DNA from: Ginkgo biloba
Taxonomy: Eukaryota > Plantae > Ginkgophyta
Assembly (NCBI GenBank): GCA_024626585.2
Contig: JANKJI020000002.1
Span: 92,656,451-92,674,071 of the forward strand
DNA length: 17,621 nt
Direction: 5' to 3'
Notes under the pieces: model-generated
Databases searched by the model: none
What the model was told of the DNA's origin: nothing
Seen by the model: only the letters and a program-made list of their open reading frames with translations
Made by a program: the position numbers and the translations under genes
Shown: positions 10,195-17,621 of the stretch, one piece after another
Numbering within the stretch: position 1 is the stretch's first letter
Layout of the letters: each line of letters opens with the position of its first letter

Positions 10195-11202
10195 TGAAAA
10201 GAATGGTCTACCACCTACCTTAGAGACACCAAAGACATTGATATTGATTCAAACACTTAGTAATGAAGTCATCTCTTTGAAGAGACAAGTGGGCGAGAAT
10301 AAAAGGCTAATTTTTTAATTGAACTCTAATCAATTTCAAACACCTATCCAACAAGTAGGATCATGATTAACAGTTCCTCCTACCAATGCCAATCCATGAT
10401 TTTATAGGTTCTATCAAGAAGAACATCTTGAGGAAATATGCCTTAATTTTTTATGGTTGAATGAGTTAACTTTTTACTCAATCCAAAAAGTTGAACCAAG
10501 TTCTTCGAATGCCAATACCTTGTTTATAGCTAGTTGAAGTCAATCCAATTGGAGAAATTTAAGACATATGTGTGTGTATCCATTTATCTCCACATTTCGC
10601 TATGGTGATGAATGTAATAATCATCAAATTACTTGAGGCATATGCTATATTACTAGGAAGAGATTGGACAACGTCGCTTGTAGGACTTATGAGCATGGAT
10701 GAAACAATCATGATGATTCCACATCAGCATGAGGTGGTATGTGTTAAAAGGGAGTTTAACCACAGACTTCATATTGAAGGAAATAAAGAAGATATAACTG
10801 AGATAAGTTTTGTTGAGACAGGTCTATATACCTATGTTCTTTTGATAGCATTAGATCCATTGGATGGGTTTCAACCATTTTTTAGATTTTAATAAATAGG
10901 TATGTGGACAATGAATTTTGATGGAGCTAGATCTAAGTCTGGGGTTGGTGTTAGGATCATTCTAGAGGATCCTACTAGTAAGATCCATACTTTATCATAT
11001 TTCCTCTAGTTTGAATTTATAAATGATATAACTAATTATGAATCTTTAGCACTCAATCTATGTTAGGTGCTAGATCTTCGGGTTAAGAAATTGAAGTTGT
11101 ATGGAGATTGAAAGATCATCGTGAATTAGGTTTATGTTAATTCCTCAATTAATAATGATAAATTAAAATAATACCATAGTTGGGCTTGGTCATTGATAAA
11201 AG
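10195..11202 (+). mobile_element. Degenerate Tat-type Ty3/gypsy fragment: gag C-terminus, C-terminal half of aspartic protease, archaeal-type RNase H
   Basis: LIQTLSNEVISLKRQVGE and NP*FYRFYQEEHLEEICLNF (eroded Cys/His knuckle). Then PIGEI*DICVCIHLSPHFAMVMNVIIIKLLEAYAILLGRDW (retropepsin C-terminal LLGRDW motif). Then, in the same frame, the RNase HI domain at 10902-11202. Confidence 0.85.
10902..11202 (+). pseudogene. Archaeal-type RNase HI (aRH) domain relic
   Basis: MWTMNFDGARSKSGVGVRIILEDPTSKIHTLSYFL*FEFINDITNYESLALNLC*VLDLRVKKLKLYGD*KIIVN*V...KLK*YHSWAWSLIK matches W.M.FDGA...G.G.G.VL..P...F..TNN.AEYEAL..GL..A....L...GDS.L+V.QV. It stops before the final PR..N..AD.LA motif. Confidence 0.88.
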
Positions 11203-13666
11203 TGTTAGAATATGATATTAAATTACCCAAGCACGGGCTCAGATTATATTGTTTTTACTAGATAAATATCTACAGTAACTATAAAAGGGCAAGTNNNNNN
11301 NNNNNNNNNNNNNNNNNNNNNNNNNNNNNNNNNNNNNNNNNNNNNNNNNNNNNNNNNNNNNNNNNNNNNNNNNNNNNNNNNNNNNNNNNNNNNNAAATCA
11401 GATATATAATTTTCTCACTAGTAAAGTTTGGTGGAACCCTTTGTCCTTTTATCTCCTTCCTTTTATCCTTGTTCCCAGGTCATTGGTGACGGTTGTTAAG
11501 ACTAAAATCTAACTAGTAATCGTCACCCTTGCAATTGTTTATTACTTTGAGTGGATTCCTCCTCTGACTCCTATAAATTATCCTCCTTGTTAAGGCTAGA
11601 CTGTGCATATTTCACTCGACATAAATGGCATACCCTTGAGGAAATATGTTTGGATATTCTTAATAAATATAGGNNNNNNNNNNNNNNNNNNNNNNNNNNN
11701 NNNNNNNNNNNNNNNNNNNNCATGGTAGGTGAAAATAATGTTACATTAATTAACCCTACTTAGAATCATAGACTATTGATGCTCTCTAAATTGTTCAAAT
11801 ATGCCAATGATACATGTCATACCATTGAAATTCGTGGGGACCTTCATTATCTAGGGTTCCATGTATTATTGATTTTTCAAACTTTTGAACTCGTAGGATT
11901 TAGTAAATGTTTAATTTATCCACCCCTTGTAATTTTTCTTACAATTCCATGATTTTAAGCCTTATTTTGGATCTTAACAAGAAGACTTCACCTTTGAATT
12001 TCTAAAATTCAACTCTATTGTATCCTTATTTCATGTCCATAGGGTTGGGGAAAGTGACTTATTCATTCTCTATCTTGATCCATCCAAAAACTCAAATTTT
12101 GAACATGGCCTTTGACGAAGTTTTGGACATGAACTCTCAATTAACTAATATTTGACTTACATTTAGGTCCATAAGAAAGTAATATTTTCTTGTCACATTT
12201 TCAAACTCTAAAAATCCAAACCTCTGAAAAATCCTTTCCTTAATTTATTAACTTGCATTAAACTTGTGCTTAGGTTTGTGCCATTATCTTATCACTTAGC
12301 ATTCCCCAGAAGCCCAAAATCTTGAAAATCCAAAAAGTGTCCTTAATTTATGGAAGACGTAAGTATCTTATTATTGCCAATTTACTCTCTTGTCAATCCC
12401 ACAACCTTAAAACCTACTTTGATATTTTACAAAGAGGATCATATCTCTGCAACTTCTCATATGGATTCATTTTTGCTTAGCAAAAATGGACATGAAATAT
12501 TCAATTAAGTCACTTTCATTATTATTTCAAGTCCATGTAGCCACAAAACAAAGACTTAATTTATCCACTTCTTTGAATTTACCCAAAATATGAAACTCAA
12601 ACTTTTGCAAAAGTTTTATCAATTTAAATTTAACTTTCCTTAATTGATTTTAACTAGATTTTGGGTCTATGGCACTGAGGGAAATTGTAAACAAAATACA
12701 TATTTTCCAAAACTCAAGACTTGAAACCTAAACCTCCACATATCTTGATTTATTTCCTTAGGATTAATTCTTTTNNNNNNNNNNNNNNNNNNNNNNNNNN
12801 NNNNNNNNNNNNNNNNNNNNNNNNNNNNNNNNNNNNNNNNNNNNNNNNNNNNNNNNNNNNNNNNNNNNNNNNNNTATTTTGGGAAGGTAGATGTAAAAAA
12901 GATCAAAACGATAAGGAATGCCCTCTCCATTTATTATTATTTTCTTGAAAGAAGATTCGGCCTCCCTACCATAACTTCTTTTAACAGCTCACAAATAAAG
13001 ACAGCAAACGACCTCAGTCCATGTATATATGGGCCTCAATTTAGCAATCATCTGAAAAATAGTCAAAATTTGAATTCACCAGTCACCCATAGCCTTCGCA
13101 CATTAGAATTTCAGTGCATGAGAGCAGGCTATGCCCAAACGGAAGCAGCAATTGCATCATGGTACATTACTAGTTTACACCAATAATGACAGCTGGCAAT
13201 TGTGTTTTAAAATGCAGAATATCATCTTTATAACAGAAACAATACACATGCCAAAGAAAGGAAAGCAAAAGATGCTGTAGTAGAAAACTCCAGCTCTATC
13301 GATAGTCTAATTTGCTTGCAAAAATTGGATGCCAGGAAATAACACAAGGATAGTATTGAATTTTGTAATGCAACACAATGATTCTGGAATAGAACAGGGT
13401 GTACTTTGCAATCCAATCTCAGGCTTAAAACGACAATGTTTCCATAGCCATTCACATGTTCTTTGAGACTTATTTATATCCTCGTTGCATACTCCTACAA
13501 GGCATATGGAGAGGCAGTAGAACACTTTGATACAACATTCTTTAGCAAATTTGGAACACGATAGTCAACCACAAGGTACAACCCAATCAGCCAGATATGA
13601 TCACAAATTTTCAATAAGTAATTAAAAAGATAAATGACCAGTGACAAACAAGGAAATTGGTCATGG

Positions 13667-13876
13667 GAATGCTTTACTATGGCACATCATCACAAACTAC
13701 CACATCCGACAGATGTCAATCTTCAAGGTGTCATATAGGTTTGACCCCTCAACAGTTGCAACACAATTCACTTTCAGAGCATTAGTTCAAGCCCAAAACA
13801 GGAGGAAGCAACAGGCAGACTAAGACTGTCAACAAGAATGATGTACTATGGCACAACGTCACAAACTACCTCATCC
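13667..13876 (+). repeat. Pair of ~41 bp imperfect direct repeats (13667-13707 and 13836-13876)
   Basis: Core TACTATGGCACATCATCACAAACTACCACATCC vs TACTATGGCACAACGTCACAAACTACCTCATCC, 30/33 identical, offset 169 bp. Confidence 0.85.
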
Positions 13877-13995
13877 ATAAAATCTCTCCACACTTTTTAT
13901 TCCTTTCCTTCCTGAAAAGTAGAGGTTTTATGAGTATTTTTAATGCATACCATAAGTTATATATCAACTCATTATCTCATACTTTGTGCCTTACC

Positions 13996-15170
13996 TTAAT
14001 CTGTAAGAATTTTTGTAATATTTGAAGATTCAATTATTTTACTGGACCATGTAGGACCCTTTTTTACTTGTGGATCTATGTTAGTACTTATCTCATCTTT
14101 CAAATCATTATTACTAGAATAAATATTAATAATTCTTTTATTCCTACTTTCCTCTTGAATTACCTTCCCTTTGCCTTTATTTTTTTCTTGCATTTGAACT
14201 ATTTCATATCCTTATGATTCATAAAATATGATATCTCTTATAATAATTATATATCTTNNNNNNNNNNNNNNNNNNNNNNNNNNNNNNNNNNNNNNNNNNN
14301 NNNNNNNNNNNNNNNNNNNNNNNNNNNNGATTTGTTGTCAAACTTTCTTCTTTTTTCATATGGTATATGCAAATAAGATGTGCATCCAAATATATTTAAG
14401 CGATCAATTTTTGGTTTCCTTCCTATCCATTACTCTTATGGAGTAACATTTCTAACTACTTTGGTTGAACTCATATTTAACAAGTACATAGTTGTGTGAA
14501 CTACATTTTTCCAAAACTAATTTCTCATATTTCTTCCTTTCAACATACTTCTTGCCATTTCAATAATGGACCTATTTTTACTTTCTTCCACTCCATTTTG
14601 TTGTGGAGTTTAAGGATTAGTAAGTTGTCTTTTAATGCCATTTCTTATGCACTAATCCATGAATTCATTTGGCTTAAATTCTCCACCATTACCTTTCCTT
14701 AAACTTGTCATCTTATGACCACTTTCCTTTTTAACCATTTCCTTGAAAGATAGAAATTTCTCAAAAAGTTCATATTTATACTTTAATAAATAGACCTAAA
14801 TTTTCTACTATAATCATCAATGAAATATATAATATATATTAACCTAACTAATGAAAGGTTTTGCATTGATCCACATAGGTCACTATGAACCAACCCAAGG
14901 GGTATTTTTTCTCTCCAAGCCCCAACTTTTTCAAAAACATTTATATATTGCTTTCCTAACATAAAAGCCTCACATAATAACTTTTTATGTTTAAGGAAGG
15001 GTACACCAATTACCATATTCAATCTTCTCATTAATTCCAAGTAGTTATGGTTTATGTGGCCAAATATCTCATGCCATAATTGACCTTCACTGCTTACATA
15101 TGTTCTTAAATTATGTTGTGACTTCCTTGATGTTTCTAACATATGCATTCACTTTTTTCCAATTCCTTAC
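13996..15170 (-). mobile_element. Degenerate Ty1/copia fragment: GAG-pre-integrase, integrase core and downstream linker
   Basis: ORF 14783-15148: LWHEIFGHIN..CEAFMLGKQ..PLGLVHSDLCG..FIDDYSRK. After a frameshift: VYLLKYKYELFEKF..SLRKGNGGEF..GIKRQLTNP*TPQQNGVEESKNRSIIEMARSML..FW..WIGRKPKIDRLNIFGC..HIPYEKRRKFDNKS. After the 71-N gap: IIRDIIFYE (cf. SRDV.FDE). No copia RT seen. Confidence 0.95.
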
Positions 15171-15746
15171 TTTGAATATGTGTGCTTATGTCTATTCAAT
15201 AATTTTTTTTCTCTGTTGGCTAAGAGACCCAAAACCAACATACATGTCTCTATTTTAAGGGTCTTTTTATGGTTATCTTTTTAGAAAAGAGCCTCTACTA
15301 TTCATGGCACTTGAATTTAGAGACTAAGGGTCCCTAGGTTTAACATAAGGTTTCTTCACCCCTTTAATTAACTTTGAATCTCCTTTGACTATGTTTGACC
15401 AAAATAATAGTCAACCTAACTGNNNNNNNNNNNNNNNNNNNNNNNNNNNNNNNNNNNNNNNNNNNNNNNNNNNNNNNNNNNNNNNNNNNNNNNNNNNNNN
15501 NNNNNNNNNNNNNNNNNNNNNNCATGATTTAATTTTATTTAACAAACATAGAAGATACATAGAATGATGTGGTTACTACTAACTTAGATATTCTTAATTG
15601 ATACTTTCTTTATGATTTTACATATGTATTTAATATACAATTACTATTTCATATGTTTTATCAATATTTGTAAGGAATATATACTTCTAAATTCATACTT
15701 TGCTAATGAATGTGATTATGGTAATTATTTCCACAGGTTTGCATTG

Positions 15747-15828
15747 GTACACACACACACACATGTATGTGTGTGTATGTGAATGTATGTATGTACATAT
15801 GTATACATGCATGTGTGTGTGTACACAT
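15747..15828. repeat. Compound (AC)n/(GT)n/(ATGT)n microsatellite, alternating purine-pyrimidine and partly self-complementary
   Basis: GTACACACACACACACATGTATGTGTGTGTATGTGAATGTATGTATGTACATATGTATACATGCATGTGTGTGTGTACACAT; alternation is broken only at GAA 15781-15783. Confidence 0.9.
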
Positions 15829-15834
15829 TATTAG

Positions 15835-16330
15835 ATAAAGAGGCACTAGACTTCTACATACACAATCTGCAAAGGGAGATTAGCGTGGATCTACTAATGT
15901 AAACACCAACAAACCTAGAATGAGCATACTCTCTAGTAATACACGTAGAAGGAAAGATGAACATATTAAGAAGATGGTTAAATATAGCACCGAGGAGAAC
16001 ATTTGAGATTGAACCAAATAAAATAATCCAAAGAGAAGAAGAGAAAACCAGGGATAATAGACAGAAGAATAAGTGTTGCCAATGCAACGAGGACTAGTTC
16101 CTAAGGCATAAATGTAAGACACAAAAATTCAACATGGAAATCTAGTAGCCATAACAAGAAATAGGAGATGAGGAACAAAAATAAACCCAAAGTCATGAAA
16201 TTAGATTGGTTCTTGAAAATCACCCTTAAGGTTTCTAAGATCTACCAAGGGATTTATTGCTATAAAGATGGTGGAAAATATAAAATGAATCCATGAGGTG
16301 ATCAACCTATAAAGAAATAACCTAGCATCC
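15835..16330 (-). mobile_element. Possible 3' UTR/LTR remnant of the minus-strand gypsy element
   Basis: Positional only: non-coding, directly downstream of the integrase on the minus strand, with a TATA-like CTATATTTAA. No clear PPT or TG..CA termini. Confidence 0.3.
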
Positions 16331-16333
16331 ACC

Positions 16334-17165
16334 TCATTCTCTAAAAGAAGTAGAATATCACTTTAAGATATCTACATTGAGAATAGGATTCATTCCAATA
16401 TATGGTAGGAGATTAAGCTAAAAAGTGTTAGGATCAACCTAATGAAGAATGGTATAAGGTTTATAGGAATGAGATTTTAGCTTATGATAAATATAATACT
16501 AAAACCTTCACTTATATAAGTGCACCTAAACTCTATCTTTCAATTGAAATTTGTATGAAACCTAATGTATATAATGAAGGGAATTATTATTAACTTGATT
16601 CTTCACAAAATTACCTAATCTCATGAGTGAAGTTGCTATAAAGGATAAATAATGGTAGTATCCCTACCATTCTCCAAAGACTCATGATAAGTATAAGTAT
16701 GTGGTAAATCCATTAGAAGCTCAAAAGTTACAAGGGGATATAAACCAAGGCATGCCTCAAAAGGGGATTGGCATATATATGAGTGTAAAGTGTGATTATA
16801 TCCATATTGGATATACCATAAAGAGAGATCTAAATTCTCATGCTTAGCCTCATTATATATACAAGGCATGAACAAAAATATAGTTTATTACCTTAGTTTG
16901 GTCATCTACCTTAGGGAAAAAAATAGTAGAAAAATGTTCTTCCTAATAATATTAAAACTAAGTGCTAAAAGAAATAATGCTAGAAGGAATCCCAAAGTGA
17001 TTCCATGCATACTCAAAGAAGAGTTGAGTGGTCATTGGGGTATCAATGATATTAGCACAAGTAATGAAGATCATTACTTTCTTAAACCTATGTATGATCA
17101 CCAAAATTACATCATGATATCAATGGGAAGCCACTAATAAAATCCATAAAAATCAATTACTAATG
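16334..17165 (-). mobile_element. Degenerate Ty3/gypsy integrase core and GPY/F domain
   Basis: Reverse strand: FMDFISGFP..HDVILVIIHRFKKVMIFITC..TTQLFFEYAWNHFGIPSSIIS..HFSTIFFPKVDDQTKVINYIFVHAL (cf. STAFHPQTDGQTEVVN); SLWYIQYGYNHTLHS..QSPFEACLG; FQLKDRV*VHLYK*RF..HKLKSHSYKPYTILH*VDPNTF*LNLLPYIGMNPILNVDILK. Confidence 0.92.
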
Positions 17166-17621
17166 TATGTTGATCCATGAATGGGACCCATTCCCTTCAA
17201 ATATTTTATAGGTAATAAAAGGACTGATATCTAGAAGACAGAGTTGAGATCAAATATTGGGAGAGTGTTCCAAGTTCAAAGGGAGATGAAGAAAGGTCTA
17301 GCATTCATCCTAGAAATGGGATCAATGTTGATACTCAAAAGATCATCTTCTAGAATAACGTGGGATTTAAAAGAAACTAATGGGGTTGATGGGGTTGATG
17401 AGAAGCATAAGGTTTTGGGTGCACTTCATACTTAGAAAATTGTCCATTTGGATTTAGAGTTTTGGGTTTCAGGGATTTTATGGTGGAGACAAAGTTAAGC
17501 ACACTGTAACACAAATTGGGGGTATTTTTTAGATTAAATCTATTTAACGAGAGATCATATGTGACTCTCAATAGAATTTTTGGGGAGAATAGGATCAACT
17601 AAGCAATAATTGCGCTTCTCA

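Noticed and set aside
11721-12774. AT-rich stretch that looks repeat-derived
   Set aside because: No protein motif, terminal repeat or internal periodicity that I could verify; left unannotated.
13228-13823. ORFs 13228-13455, 13307-13525 and 13641-13823 as host genes
   Set aside because: Short, with non-ATG starts in a eukaryotic context and no recognisable domain; composition fits non-coding DNA.
1-17621. CRISPR array, retron/DGR or other prokaryotic RT-based system; rRNA/tRNA genes
   Set aside because: All RT, RNase H and integrase motifs are of plant LTR-retrotransposon type and are pseudogenised. No regularly spaced repeat-spacer array or structured RNA gene was seen.

Overview
AT-rich eukaryotic (plant, probably gymnosperm-like) draft-assembly DNA made almost entirely of decayed LTR-retrotransposon fragments, broken by 16 N-gaps (eight of exactly 100 N, i.e. 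probably unsized joins). In order: (1) Ty3/gypsy chromovirus pol relic, RT-RH-INT-chromodomain, + strand, 1-2640; (2) a ~1 kb probable LTR-type sequence present twice in tandem, about 90% identical; (3) a CRM-like gypsy gag, - strand; (4) a non-chromovirus gypsy pol (RT-RH-INT, +), followed by a spacer and a decayed additional sense ORF; (5) a Tat-type gypsy fragment with gag end, protease and an archaeal-type RNase H directly after the protease; (6) a ~1 kb non-TE-looking island that keeps CAG/CTG trinucleotides; (7) a Ty1/copia integrase relic, -; (8) a candidate 10-nt micro-exon next to an alternating purine/pyrimidine microsatellite; (9) another gypsy integrase relic, -. No intact protein-coding gene, RNA gene, CRISPR array or prokaryotic system is supported. 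Domain calls come from my manual translation through stops and frameshifts and from remembered family motifs, not from database searches.
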